From: Sedimentisphaerales bacterium
GTDB lineage: Bacteria > Planctomycetota > Phycisphaerae > Sedimentisphaerales > Anaerobacaceae
NCBI GenBank assembly: GCA_040772485.1
Contig: JAXGYC010000007.1
Location: 320,001-384,000, forward strand
Reading direction: 5' to 3'
DNA length: 64,000 nucleotides
Shown here: piece after piece, positions 37,552-47,524 of the stretch
How the letters are laid out: each line of letters opens with the position of its first letter
How positions within the stretch are numbered: position 1 is the first letter of the stretch
Translations under genes and position numbers: made by a program
The notes under the pieces: generated by a model
The model's database searches: none
Seen by the model: the letters and a program-made list of their open reading frames with translations, nothing else
What the model was told of the DNA's origin: nothing

Positions 37552-37836
37552 TCAGAAGAGGCCCTCATCTTCCGATTCCATCTCGGGCGCGGGCTCCTTA
37601 GTGGCCGGCTCCGGCGTGTCCTCGCCGGGCTTGCTGATCTTCTCGATCCGCTTCTCGGCCTTCTGGAGGATCTGGCGGCAGTGCTGGATCAGGGCCATCC
37701 CCTGCTCGTACTGCTCGAGGCTGTCCTGGAGCGGGATTTCCCCCTGCTCGATCTTGTCCACGATGGTCCTGAGCCGCTTGATCGAGTCCTCGAAACTCAG
37801 CTTGGTGATGTCCTCTTCAGTTTTCTTCTGCGCCAT
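37552..37836 (-). CDS. xseB: Exodeoxyribonuclease VII small subunit
   Basis: SFEDSIKRLRTIVDKIEQGEIPLQDSLEQYEQG...C...L..AE; follows xseA. Confidence 0.95.
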   Translation of the reverse strand: MAQKKTEEDITKLSFEDSIKRLRTIVDKIEQGEIPLQDSLEQYEQGMALIQHCRQILQKAEKRIEKISKPGEDTPEPATKEPAPEMESEDEGLF

Positions 37837-37875
37837 GATATCGTTTCCTATCGCGTCCGGATGTCGTCGTTCACA

Positions 37876-37900
37876 AGGGCGAATCATGACTCGCCCCTAC
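37876..37900. repeat. REP palindrome (GTAG family) overlapping the xseA stop codon
   Basis: AGGGCGAATCATGACTCGCCCCTAC; CTA at 37897-37899 is the xseA TAG. Confidence 0.8.
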
Positions 37901-39255
37901 GGCACACTGCGAACCTCGCTCTGGATGACGTTCTTGCCGGCCAGCTCGGTGAGCATCGTGTCGCCGACCTGCACGTCGGCGAGCGTGCGAACGAGCCGGC
38001 CGGTGGTCTTGTTCGTCGTGATCGTGTACCCCCGGGCCAGCACGCTGCGGGGGTTCAGCGCCGTCAGGCGGCCTTCGCAGGCAGCCAGCTCCACCTTCCG
38101 GGCGTTCGTCGCCGCGGTGACCGCCGCCAAGGTCCGGCCGGTCAGTTCGCTCAACTGGATGGTCATCATCCCGAGCAGCCGATGGGGCTCGATCCGAGCG
38201 ATGTGCTCGTAGCAGGTCTGCAACATCATGCGCTTGTCGGCCACCAGGGCCCGGACCGCTTCGCCCAACTCCGACGTCAGCTCGTCGACGTGCTGCTCGC
38301 GCATGCGGACCGCCAGCAGCGGATTGCGAAACGCGGAACTCGCCAGAATGGTCTGCAGGTATTCGCCGCCCAACTCGATGCGAGCCTGGACACTACGTGT
38401 CAATCGACTCGCCTGGTGACCCAGATCGGTCAGCACGTCGCGCATGTCCGGCACTGCCACCACGCCCGCCTTGGTCGGCGTCGAGGCCCGCCGGTCCGCG
38501 ACGAGGTCCGCGATGGTCGTATCCACCTCGTGTCCGACGGCGCTGATGATCGGGATCTTCGAGGCGAAGATGGCCCTGGCCAGTACCTCTTCGTTGAAGG
38601 CCCAGAGGTCCTCCAGAGACCCGCCTCCGCGTCCGACGATGAGCAGATCGAGCTTGAGCTTCTTGTTGCGCCGGTTGACGTCGGCAATCGCGGCGGCAAT
38701 CTCGCGGGCGGCGCCCTCGCCCTGCACCGGGACCGGGTAGAGATACAATCGTGTGCAGGGCCATCGCTGGTGCACGCTGTCGGCGATGTCGTGGACCGCG
38801 GCGCCCGACTCGCTGGTCAGGATGCCAATCCGCTCAGGATACGTCGGGATCGGCTTCTTGTGCTCATCGGAAAAAAGCCCCTCCGCCCGAAGTTTCTGCA
38901 CCATCTGCTCGAAGGCCAGTTGCAGCGCGCCGACGCCTTCGGGCGTCATCTCCTCGACGACCAGCGAGTAACGCCCTTGTGGCACATAGACACTGATCGA
39001 GCCGGTCGCGATCACCGCCAACCCGTTTTCCGGCCGGAACCGCACCCTCGCGCAATTCGGTTTCCACATCGCGCAGGCCAGGACCGAGCCTTCGTCCTTG
39101 AGCGAGAAATAGCAGTGGCCGCTTGCATGCTGCTTCCAGCCGCTGATCTCGCCCTTGACCATCACCCGGCCCGGCAGGCTCGCCTCCAGCGCCTCCTTGA
39201 CCAGAGCGTTGACCTGGCTGACGGTGTAGATTTTCGGCGATGTCTTCGTCGGCAT
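37897..39255 (-). CDS. xseA: Exodeoxyribonuclease VII large subunit
   Basis: GEIS...SGHCYFSLKD, GRGGGSLEDLWAFNEE, SAVGHEVD, ASTPTKA and L.RGY. Confidence 0.96.
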   Translation of the reverse strand: MPTKTSPKIYTVSQVNALVKEALEASLPGRVMVKGEISGWKQHASGHCYFSLKDEGSVLACAMWKPNCARVRFRPENGLAVIATGSISVYVPQGRYSLVVEEMTPEGVGALQLAFEQMVQKLRAEGLFSDEHKKPIPTYPERIGILTSESGAAVHDIADSVHQRWPCTRLYLYPVPVQGEGAAREIAAAIADVNRRNKKLKLDLLIVGRGGGSLEDLWAFNEEVLARAIFASKIPIISAVGHEVDTTIADLVADRRASTPTKAGVVAVPDMRDVLTDLGHQASRLTRSVQARIELGGEYLQTILASSAFRNPLLAVRMREQHVDELTSELGEAVRALVADKRMMLQTCYEHIARIEPHRLLGMMTIQLSELTGRTLAAVTAATNARKVELAACEGRLTALNPRSVLARGYTITTNKTTGRLVRTLADVQVGDTMLTELAGKNVIQSEVRSVP

Positions 39256-39271
39256 CCATCCTCCCTGATTG

Positions 39272-39319
39272 CGGGCAAATGATGATTCGCAGTACGGGCG
39301 AATAATGATTCGCCCCTAC
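39272..39319. repeat. REP doublet (one degenerate plus one full copy) overlapping a stop codon
   Basis: CGGGCAAATGATGATTCGCA followed by GTACGGGCGAATAATGATTCGCCCCTAC; CTA at 39316-39318 is the stop of the upstream gene. Confidence 0.8.
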
Positions 39320-40704
39320 GGGCGCACCAGAGCGACCCAGTAATCCTTCGAGGGACATTCGAGAGACACCGTGCCATCTATCTGCGCCGTTTTCGACTCC
39401 ACCCACTCGGATCTCATGATGTCCAGCCACCGGACTGTTACTGGCCTGTCAATCGGGTTCACATTCAGGGTTACCTTGCCGCCGTCCGGAAAGTAGACCG
39501 CGTATTCGGTCCCCGGGTTGGCCAAGCAATAGGCATCGTTCGATTCGCGACTGCTCAGCAGATCGTTATGCGGCTCGCACGTGAACACATCCATCCGATC
39601 GGTCAGCATCCGCATGCTGCGGATGTTGGCCTGCGCCTTGTCGCCCAGTCCCAGCCCGGAATCGGGGCGGTGAAAACGGGCCGAGGCCAGTCCGCCAAAG
39701 ATGTTGCGCCAGAACCGCTCCATCGCATCGCGGTCGTTGCCGTAGCGCCCGGTGTCGGCGCCGTAAATCTTCGTGTTGTTCAGCGGGCGGGGCCGGTCGG
39801 CGATTCGTGCCCGCTGTTTCTGGGCATTGTCCCAATGGGCCTGGCCCTTCTGGTGGTTGTTCTGCGAGATGTCGACAAACGAGTAGAGTTCCGGATGATC
39901 GAAGGTGGCGCGGTGCTCGGGACTGCCCAGGTCCCAGGCGTCCCACATCTCGGTCGTGTGGACCTTGACGCCGGCAGCTTTGGCCCTGGCCTGGATGTAC
40001 CGGGCCCAATAGGCGCCCCAGGCCGGCTCGCCGGACGTCTCATTGTCCATGCAATACAGCACGTTGCCGCGCTTCAGCGAGTGCGACAGCATCTTGTCCA
40101 CGAATCGCTGCTGGTACGGCAGTACGACGGTGTTGTTCCGCTGGTCCGGCGTGGTGAAGAAAAACGGCTGCTCGTTGCTGCCGGCGTGCTTGGTGTACTG
40201 CTCGATGAACCCCGAGGCTTCGTAAGTGTAGTTGACGTTGTTCTTCGGGTTGTAGGGGCTGATCTCCCAATTCTTCCCCGAGTAATCAAAGCGGTCCCAT
40301 ACTTCGATCTGAATGATGATGTCGCGCTCTTCGGCCAGCGAAAGAAGACTCTCGAAGCGGCGCCAATACTCGTCGTTCCACCGGTCCAGATCGTACTTGC
40401 CGTCGGGTCGCCGGGCGAACGCCTGCACCTCAAAGCCCTTGTCGAGCCGCGCGCTCATGGTGTTCCGCACGTAGTTGCCGCCGACGCTCTTGAGCAGATC
40501 GAGATGCTCTTTCAGGTCGGGAATCTGAAAGAGACTGTCGTCCTTGCTGCCCCCGATCAACAGAACCGGCTTGCCCTCATACTGCCAGTAGCGCGGGTTG
40601 GCCGGACAGATGTCGATCGCGCCGCCGGCCGGCGCGGGACCAGCGACACAGCAAGCACAGATCGAGGCCATTACCACTCGGATACACACAGACCGAAATG
40701 TCAT
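39316..40704 (-). CDS. Secreted putative glycoside-hydrolase-like protein with C-terminal 'putative collagen-binding' domain
   Basis: Signal peptide; NPRYWQYEGKPVLL, GGNYVRN, MDNE (possible acid/base), C-terminal AYCLANPGTEYAVYFPDGG...VRW. Confidence 0.6.
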   Translation of the reverse strand: MTFRSVCIRVVMASICACCVAGPAPAGGAIDICPANPRYWQYEGKPVLLIGGSKDDSLFQIPDLKEHLDLLKSVGGNYVRNTMSARLDKGFEVQAFARRPDGKYDLDRWNDEYWRRFESLLSLAEERDIIIQIEVWDRFDYSGKNWEISPYNPKNNVNYTYEASGFIEQYTKHAGSNEQPFFFTTPDQRNNTVVLPYQQRFVDKMLSHSLKRGNVLYCMDNETSGEPAWGAYWARYIQARAKAAGVKVHTTEMWDAWDLGSPEHRATFDHPELYSFVDISQNNHQKGQAHWDNAQKQRARIADRPRPLNNTKIYGADTGRYGNDRDAMERFWRNIFGGLASARFHRPDSGLGLGDKAQANIRSMRMLTDRMDVFTCEPHNDLLSSRESNDAYCLANPGTEYAVYFPDGGKVTLNVNPIDRPVTVRWLDIMRSEWVESKTAQIDGTVSLECPSKDYWVALVRP

Positions 40705-40945
40705 GGCTGTTTCCTCCAAAAACAATCCAGACGATGTTCCATCGGTCGCCGATTATAGGCCAGCCCAGCCCCTTCATCAATCACGAACGTTGCTCCACTG
40801 GTCTTGGCGCCTCATGTGGACGCAACTTTTCCCTTGAAAAACCCCTGGCCAGCGGGCATCCTGTGTCGAAACGACCCGAAGGGGCAAATCCTGATGGACA
40901 TTGGGATTCGCTCCTGCCGACTGCGACTGTAAAGGAGGCACGTGT

Positions 40946-42229
40946 ATGTTCGCCCGCCAACGTCTGATCTGCATGACCGTGTTCACTGCCGTGCTGATTC
41001 TCGCCTGCTGCGCCGGCGCCCAGGAGGCCAATTACGACGAAGCCAAGGTCCCCAAGTACGCGCTGCCCGATCCGCTGGTCTGTCTGGACGGCACGAAGGT
41101 CACGGACGCAGCGACGTGGTCGCAGAAGCGGCGTTCCGAGATTCTGCGTCTCTTCGAGGAGCACGTCTACGGCCGCTCGCCCGGCCGGCCCGAGCAGATG
41201 ACGTTCATGACGACGTCCCTCAGCAGGAACGCTTTGGCGGGCAAGGCGACGCGCAAGGAGGTCACGGTCTTTTTCAACGGAAGCCGGCAGGACCCCAATA
41301 TGACGATCCTGGTCTACCTGCCGAACGAGCGGAGCGGGCCGGCGCCGCTGTTCGTTGGACTGAACTTCGGCGGCAACCATACCATCCATACCGATCCTGC
41401 CATCACGATCACCAGGAGCTGGACGCGCGACGCCGACTCCAACCACAAGGCAACAGAAGCCGGACGCGGCAAGGCCGCGAGCCGCTGGCCGGTCGAGCGG
41501 ATACTGGAGCGGGGCTACGGCCTGGCCACCATCTACTACGGGGACATCGATCCCGACTTCGACGACGGCTTCCAGAACGGCGTCCACCCTTTGTTCTACA
41601 AGCCGGGTCAGACGCAGCCGGGGCTTGATGAGTGGGGCTCCATCGGCGCCTGGGCCTGGGGCCTCAGCCGCGCGATGGACTACTTCGAGACCGATCCCGA
41701 CATCGACCAGAAGCACGTAGCCGTGATGGGCCATTCCCGACTGGGCAAAACCTCGCTCTGGGCCGGCGCTTCGGACGAGCGTTTCGCGATCGTGATCTCG
41801 AACAACTCCGGCTGCGGCGGAGCCGCGCTATCCCGCCGCGAGTTTGGAGAAACCGTCAAGCGGATCAACACCGTATTCCCCCACTGGTTCTGCGACAACT
41901 TCACCAAGTACAACGATAATGTCAACGCCTGTCCTGTCGATCAGCACATGTTGATCGCGCTGATGGCGCCGCGTCCTGTTTATGTCGCCAGCGCCGAGGA
42001 AGACCGCTGGGCCGACCCGCGAGGCGAATTCCTCGCGGCCAAAGGCGCTGACCCCGTCTACAGACTGCTGGGCAAGGAGGGCCTGCCCGCCGACGAGATG
42101 CCGCAGGTCAGTCATCCCGTGATGGGGACAATCGCGTATCACATCCGCCCTGGTAAACATGACGTCACGGATTACGATTGGGAACGGTACATGGATTCCG
42201 CCGACATGCATTTCAAAGGCACGAAATAG
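40946..42229 (+). CDS. CE15-family glucuronoyl/acetylxylan esterase
   Basis: Signal peptide; [18 protein letters not shown] nucleophile motif, [20 protein letters not shown] and GKH. RBS AAGGAGG. Confidence 0.9.
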   Translation: MFARQRLICMTVFTAVLILACCAGAQEANYDEAKVPKYALPDPLVCLDGTKVTDAATWSQKRRSEILRLFEEHVYGRSPGRPEQMTFMTTSLSRNALAGKATRKEVTVFFNGSRQDPNMTILVYLPNERSGPAPLFVGLNFGGNHTIHTDPAITITRSWTRDADSNHKATEAGRGKAASRWPVERILERGYGLATIYYGDIDPDFDDGFQNGVHPLFYKPGQTQPGLDEWGSIGAWAWGLSRAMDYFETDPDIDQKHVAVMGHSRLGKTSLWAGASDERFAIVISNNSGCGGAALSRREFGETVKRINTVFPHWFCDNFTKYNDNVNACPVDQHMLIALMAPRPVYVASAEEDRWADPRGEFLAAKGADPVYRLLGKEGLPADEMPQVSHPVMGTIAYHIRPGKHDVTDYDWERYMDSADMHFKGTK

Positions 42230-42269
42230 GATCGTGTCCAAGGCCACACGAGGAAGGAGTAACCGTACC

Positions 42270-42575
42270 ATGCAGGAACGAAAGTCATCATCTCTGATTG
42301 TGATCGTCGCGCTCGCGGGGTTGCTCGGCTTCGCCTTAACGCTGCCGGCGCAATCGGGCGCATCGGCGAGCGGCCGGTGGGAGTACCGCGTGCTCGATAC
42401 GAAGGACATGATCATCCATCCGGCGATGACCGACAGCCAGATCGACGAGGCCAAACGGGTCGGCATCACCGCTGCGCGCAACCTCGACAGCGAGTTCGAC
42501 CGGATCGGCGCCGAAGGCTGGGAACTGGTCAGCTTCGCCGATCGCGTCGCGGTGTTCAAACGACCGAGAAACTGA
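42270..42575 (+). CDS. Small exported DUF4177-like protein
   Basis: Signal/TM segment, then WEYRV...L...GAEGWELVS...FKRP. RBS AAGGAG. Confidence 0.7.
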   Translation: MQERKSSSLIVIVALAGLLGFALTLPAQSGASASGRWEYRVLDTKDMIIHPAMTDSQIDEAKRVGITAARNLDSEFDRIGAEGWELVSFADRVAVFKRPRN

Positions 42576-42619
42576 CGGCTCTTTCATACGATCGCACGCA
42601 AGGCAAGGAGTTACCAGCG

Positions 42620-43945
42620 GTGAGAACAGAAGCTCATACGCGAAGGTGGGTTCTCTGGCTGTCGGCATTGGCCGTCCTGGGGACATGCGGTCCGTTGCAC
42701 GCCGGCGACGGGACCACGGCATTGGCGGAGAAATACATACCGAGGCTCGAGAAGATCCTCATGGAGAACATCGCGCCGTTCTGGTTCGACAAGAGCCTGG
42801 ATCACGAGCACGGCGGCTACATCATCAACTTCGGTCCCGATGGCCAGGCGCGAGGGTCCGGCACGAAGATGATCGTCAGCCAGGCCCGCACGGTCTGGCT
42901 GTTCTCACGTCTGGCCCGCGCCGGCTATCGACGGGACGAGCATCTGGAGGCGGCCGCACATGGCTATCGGTTCCTGACCGAGAAGATGTGGGACTCCAAG
43001 CACGGTGGATTCTACTGGGAGGTCGACGCCACGGGTGATCGCCAGCTCAAGCCCCGCAAACACCTTTACGGCCAGTCCTTTGCTCTATATGCCGTTTCGG
43101 AGTACTACCTCGCCAGCCGCAGGAGGGAGGCGCTGGACCTTGCGACGGAGTTCTTCCGGCTGCTCGAAGAGAAGGCCCATGACAAGGTCCACGGCGGCTA
43201 CTTCGAATCGTTCGAGCCCGACTGGACGCCCGTGGCAGCGGATGAGGCTTCCTACATGGGCGCGCCGTCCGGCCTGAAACTGATGAACACCCACCTGCAC
43301 CTGATGGAGGCGATGACCACATTCTATCAGGCCAGCCGGCTCCGCCTGGCGCGCGAGCGGCTGATCGAACTGATCGGCGTCGAGAGCAACGCGGTCGTCC
43401 GCAAGACGCTCGGCGCCTGCACGGACAAGTACGATCCGGACTGGACACCACGACTGGACGCCAACTACGCGCGCGTCTCGTATGGGCACGACATCGAGAA
43501 CGTCTGGCTGCTGATGGAGGCGTGCGACGCCGTGGGGCTGTCGAACGGGCCCTATATGGACCTGTACGAAACGTTGTGGGCCTATTCGCTCAAGTATGGC
43601 TATGACGAAGCCAACGGCGGGTTCTACTACACCGGGGACTTCAACCGTCCCGCCGATGACCGCGACAAATCGTGGTGGGTCCAGGCCGAAGCGATCGTCA
43701 GCGCGCTGCGCATGTACCGCGCCACGAAGGACGCCAAATATCTGGCCGCCTTCGAGAAGACCCTCGAGTTGATCGAGAGCAAGATGGTCGATTGGGAGCA
43801 CGGCGAGTGGCACAGCAGCATCACGCCGGACGGAACGGCCCGAGGCGACAAGGCCAATCCCTGGAAAGCCGGCTACCACAACGGACGAGCCATGATCGAG
43901 TGCATCGAAATCCTCCGCACGTGGACGAGACAACAGCAGCAATAG
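42620..43945 (+). CDS. AGE-family epimerase (N-acyl-D-glucosamine/cellobiose 2-epimerase-like) with putative signal peptide
   Basis: DHEHGG, QARTVWLFS, MNTHLHLMEA, SYGHDIE, WWVQAE and WKAGYHNGRA. GTG start after AAGGAG. Confidence 0.85.
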   Translation: MRTEAHTRRWVLWLSALAVLGTCGPLHAGDGTTALAEKYIPRLEKILMENIAPFWFDKSLDHEHGGYIINFGPDGQARGSGTKMIVSQARTVWLFSRLARAGYRRDEHLEAAAHGYRFLTEKMWDSKHGGFYWEVDATGDRQLKPRKHLYGQSFALYAVSEYYLASRRREALDLATEFFRLLEEKAHDKVHGGYFESFEPDWTPVAADEASYMGAPSGLKLMNTHLHLMEAMTTFYQASRLRLARERLIELIGVESNAVVRKTLGACTDKYDPDWTPRLDANYARVSYGHDIENVWLLMEACDAVGLSNGPYMDLYETLWAYSLKYGYDEANGGFYYTGDFNRPADDRDKSWWVQAEAIVSALRMYRATKDAKYLAAFEKTLELIESKMVDWEHGEWHSSITPDGTARGDKANPWKAGYHNGRAMIECIEILRTWTRQQQQ

Positions 43946-43983
43946 GATGGGCTTTGGCCCATGCGGCTGATCGCACGGCAGCG

Positions 43984-44946
43984 TCACTCGATGCGTTTGC
44001 GGTAGAGGCGGGTCTGGAGAGGGCCCTGGAACGCCGTCCAGTTGGCGTCGCTGACTTCTCCTTCGATCGCCGCGTGGACTTGGTCCATCTTGGCATCGAG
44101 GTCGTCGATGTAGTACACCATGAAGGCCTCGGCCGTGGCGGGCAGCTTGGGCGAGCCGAATTCGTACTGCCCGTGGTGCGAGAGAATGATGTGCCCCAGG
44201 GCATCGAGCACTTCCGGACTGACCGCCACGCCCTCGCTTCGCAATTTGTCCGCTTTGCGATGGATCATCAGCAGTGTCTTGTTGATGTGCCCGATGAGCT
44301 GACCTGAGTCGGTATATGAGAACGCCATGTCGTAGGATAGCTCTTCGGTTTTTCCCATGTCGTGCAGGAAGACGCCGGCCAGCACCAGGTCGCGCTGGAC
44401 ATGGGGATAGAGCGGCAGGATCGCCCGGGCCACGCGCAGCATGTTGTGCGTATGCTCCAGTAGGCCGCCGATGCAACCGTGGTGCATCTTCATGCCGCCC
44501 GGCGCCGCGCAGAAGCTGTCCATCATCTCCTTGTCAGCCAGGAACGCCCCGGTTAGCGCCTTGAGATCCGCGTTCTGGATCTCGCCGACGATCTGCTGAA
44601 CCTCGGCGAACATCTTCGTCACGTCGCCCGTCGTGCGAGGCAGAAAATCCTCGACGGTGACCTTGCTCGGGTCGATCGGCGTGATCGTGTTGATCACGAT
44701 TTGCAGGTTGTTCTGATACAGCTCACTGCGTCCCTTGACGTGGACGAAGCCGGGCTTGGGCAGCGACTTATAGACCAGCTCGCTGGCCTGCCACATGCGG
44801 CCGTTCAGTTGGCCGGTTCGATCGCACAAGAACATCGCAATGTACAGATCGCCTTTCGTCGTGCTCCGCAAGATCGGGTCGCGAACCAGATAGATATCGT
44901 TGATCGGCTCGGCCGGCCCGATCTCGTTGATGAACTTGTGCGCCAT
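43984..44946 (-). CDS. YhaM/Cbf1-like 3'-5' exoribonuclease (OB fold + HD domain)
   Basis: L.DRTG...RMW OB-fold region; HHGCIGGLLEHT, LHDMGK, GQLIGH, SHHG and DDLDAK. Confidence 0.9.
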   Translation of the reverse strand: MAHKFINEIGPAEPINDIYLVRDPILRSTTKGDLYIAMFLCDRTGQLNGRMWQASELVYKSLPKPGFVHVKGRSELYQNNLQIVINTITPIDPSKVTVEDFLPRTTGDVTKMFAEVQQIVGEIQNADLKALTGAFLADKEMMDSFCAAPGGMKMHHGCIGGLLEHTHNMLRVARAILPLYPHVQRDLVLAGVFLHDMGKTEELSYDMAFSYTDSGQLIGHINKTLLMIHRKADKLRSEGVAVSPEVLDALGHIILSHHGQYEFGSPKLPATAEAFMVYYIDDLDAKMDQVHAAIEGEVSDANWTAFQGPLQTRLYRKRIE

Positions 44947-45087
44947 GATCGACTCCCAATGGGGTTGCCCTTCTCGGATTTCGGGCCATCATAGTGGGTC
45001 CGGAGTCATTCCGCAAGGGGAACGTGAAACACATGGAAAACACATCCGGCCTCCCGTATCCACAACCCCCGGGGCCGGCGGCATCGT

Positions 45088-45876
45088 CTATCCTTGGCGG
45101 CCGCCCGTCCAGGCCACGAGGAGGACCGTCACATTGTCGCTGCCTCCGGCCCGATTGGCCTCATCGACAAGAGTCCTGCACGCCAACTCCGGCTGCGTAT
45201 GCGTCGCGAGCACCTCTGCGACGGCCTCATCGCTCACCATATCGGTCAGGCCGTCCGTGCAGAGCAGGAACCGGTCTCCCGGCTGCAGGGCCGCCGACCG
45301 GACGTGAGGCTCGACCGCCTCCGGCATGCCCATGTACTGCGTGACGACGCCCTGGGCACTGTGGTTGACCGCTTCGTCGGGCGTGATCTGCCCGGCGTCA
45401 ATCAGCTCCGACACCAGCGAATGGTCCTCGCTGAACTGCTGGAGCCGCCCGTTGCGCAAACGGTAGATTCGGCTGTCGCCCACGTTGGCGGTATAGACGC
45501 GGTCCCCGGAGAACAGAAGCAGGACCAGCGTCGTCCCCATCCCGACGTAGCCGCTCTCGCTGTCACCCTCGCGCCGGACGTGATGACTCTGATCGAGTAT
45601 CTTCTCTCGGAGCAGCCGGCGGATCGACCGGTCGTTACGGGTCTTCAGACGGTCCAGACCCAGCTCGACGGCGGGCGGCAGGTCCTGGGCGACGGTCCCG
45701 GCCGCGATCGCCCCACCCCGATGGCCTCCCATCCCATCGACCACAAGGAACAGCCCCGCCTCAGGCTCGGCCACGAAGGCATCCTGATTGTCCTCGCGCA
45801 GCTTGCCGACATCGGTTGCGGCCGCCCATCTGAAGCAAGGCGACACGCCAGCCGCAGCATCAGAACGCTCAATCAT
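45088..45876 (-). CDS. PP2C-family Ser/Thr protein phosphatase (PrpC/Stp1-like)
   Basis: TDVGKLREDNQD, VDGMGGH, MGTT, NVGDSRIY, DHS, LCTDGLTD and GGSDNVT. Confidence 0.93.
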   Translation of the reverse strand: MIERSDAAAGVSPCFRWAAATDVGKLREDNQDAFVAEPEAGLFLVVDGMGGHRGGAIAAGTVAQDLPPAVELGLDRLKTRNDRSIRRLLREKILDQSHHVRREGDSESGYVGMGTTLVLLLFSGDRVYTANVGDSRIYRLRNGRLQQFSEDHSLVSELIDAGQITPDEAVNHSAQGVVTQYMGMPEAVEPHVRSAALQPGDRFLLCTDGLTDMVSDEAVAEVLATHTQPELACRTLVDEANRAGGSDNVTVLLVAWTGGRQG

Positions 45877-45895
45877 CGTCACCCTGGTGCCCTGC

Positions 45896-47296
45896 CTACT
45901 CGATCAGACATTGCTTACACCATGGGCAGTAGTTCCAGAACTCCGAATCCACCGACCATTTGCATCGCCCGCAGACCTCGCCGAACGGCCGGACCCGCCA
46001 CGGCTTGCGAACCTTTCGCCGACACCACGGGCAGTACCGCATGAATCGCATCAACCCGCCGCCGCAGTGAGCACAGTGCGAGTGGTAGCGAACGCCCCGG
46101 GTGGGCGTTTCACTCGGCGACTTGAAGCCCGGACCATAGCACCAGGGACAGAACCGCCACTCCGGCAGCACCCCCTTGCGGCACCGCGGGCAGAGGTGGC
46201 TGAATGCAGTGCTCACCTCGAACCGGTTCCGTTCGCTGCCACACCAGGGACAGAGCGCCATGCTCTCGGCGATCGGTTCGCCGCAGTCGACGCAACGAAA
46301 CGACGCTGACAGAACCCTGTCGTATCGCTTCAGGAAAGCCCCCCGCCGCACCTTGTGCCAGTCCGCCTTGCGCCGCTCATGGCCCCTGGCGCCGATGCCC
46401 AGCCGAAGGCCCTTGGGCATCGCCTCGACCAACGCCGCACGCATCTCCGCCGCGTCGGGGAACCGCTTCTGGGGATCGATTGCCAGCGCGCGTTTGAGAA
46501 ACACCAGCATCGCCTGACTGGTCCGGTCGCGCAGACGCTGGTACCCTCGAGGCGGCCAGCGGAAGGGCCATCGCGGCAGCACGCCTGTCAGATACTCGTA
46601 TAGAATCAGCGCGACCGCAAAGCAATCGCTCTGGTACGTCGGCTTGCCGTAGGCCTGTTCGGGCGCGACGTAGCCCGGTGTGCCGAAATCGTCCACCGTC
46701 GCCATGCGACCCTTGACCCTGAGGCTGATCCCGAAATCACCCAGTGCCACCCGTCCGTCGGGAAACAGAAAGATGTTGTTGGGCGTGACGTCGCAGTGCA
46801 CCACCCGATGCCGATGGGCGTACGCCAGCCCGTCGAGCACCTGGAGCACGATCGAGAGGATTCGTTTGACCGACATCGGCCGCGAGCGATCCTCCAGCGT
46901 ACCGACCGACAGCTCGGTGGCCAGGACCGCATACCCGTCGATGACATCGGCGTTCTTGATCGGCATGATGTGCGGGTGCCGCAGCTTGGCGACCAGCCGT
47001 ACCTCGCGAAATAGTTGTTCGCTGTCCCGCTCGCCCCGGACACCTACGAGTGGGATCTTCAGCGCCACACGGATGTCCTCAACGGTATCGCGGGCCCGCC
47101 AGACCTCGCAACTGCCGCCGGCGCCCAGGTGGGCCTCCAGGCGGTACTTGCCCAGCCGCCGGCCGACGGCCAGCGGAGCCTTCCTGCCGCTCAGAGATAG
47201 TTCATGTGTCTGGGCCAATGCGTTGCTCCTGCCGCCCGATCCCGCGAGCCAGCCCCTATTTGGATGGGGCCTTCCCGGCGCGCCGCCGGCGGCCAC
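45896..47296 (-). CDS. Hanks-type Ser/Thr protein kinase with C-terminal zinc ribbons (start uncertain)
   Basis: LGAGG, VALK, HCDVTPNN, DFG, GTPGYVAPEQ and SD, followed by eight CxxC motifs. Confidence 0.9.
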   Translation of the reverse strand: MAAGGAPGRPHPNRGWLAGSGGRSNALAQTHELSLSGRKAPLAVGRRLGKYRLEAHLGAGGSCEVWRARDTVEDIRVALKIPLVGVRGERDSEQLFREVRLVAKLRHPHIMPIKNADVIDGYAVLATELSVGTLEDRSRPMSVKRILSIVLQVLDGLAYAHRHRVVHCDVTPNNIFLFPDGRVALGDFGISLRVKGRMATVDDFGTPGYVAPEQAYGKPTYQSDCFAVALILYEYLTGVLPRWPFRWPPRGYQRLRDRTSQAMLVFLKRALAIDPQKRFPDAAEMRAALVEAMPKGLRLGIGARGHERRKADWHKVRRGAFLKRYDRVLSASFRCVDCGEPIAESMALCPWCGSERNRFEVSTAFSHLCPRCRKGVLPEWRFCPWCYGPGFKSPSETPTRGVRYHSHCAHCGGGLMRFMRYCPWCRRKVRKPWRVRPFGEVCGRCKWSVDSEFWNYCPWCKQCLIE

Positions 47297-47524
47297 GCCA
47301 TTCTATCGCTCCCGAACGCCCGCGCAAAGACCGTCATAAAATGGCGAGAGGAGTCCGCTCGCTCGTCGCTGGCGCCTCGTGAAGCGCAGTGGGTACTGCC
47401 TCGCGCGTGAAATCCCATCCAGCCTGCTGTTTCCGGCCGCCAGCCTGGCCAAGATTGGCTTTGATCGGCGCGTTCAAGGGCAAAGCAAACCCATCGTGGC
47501 TGGACATGGCGCACATTCCAGGTC

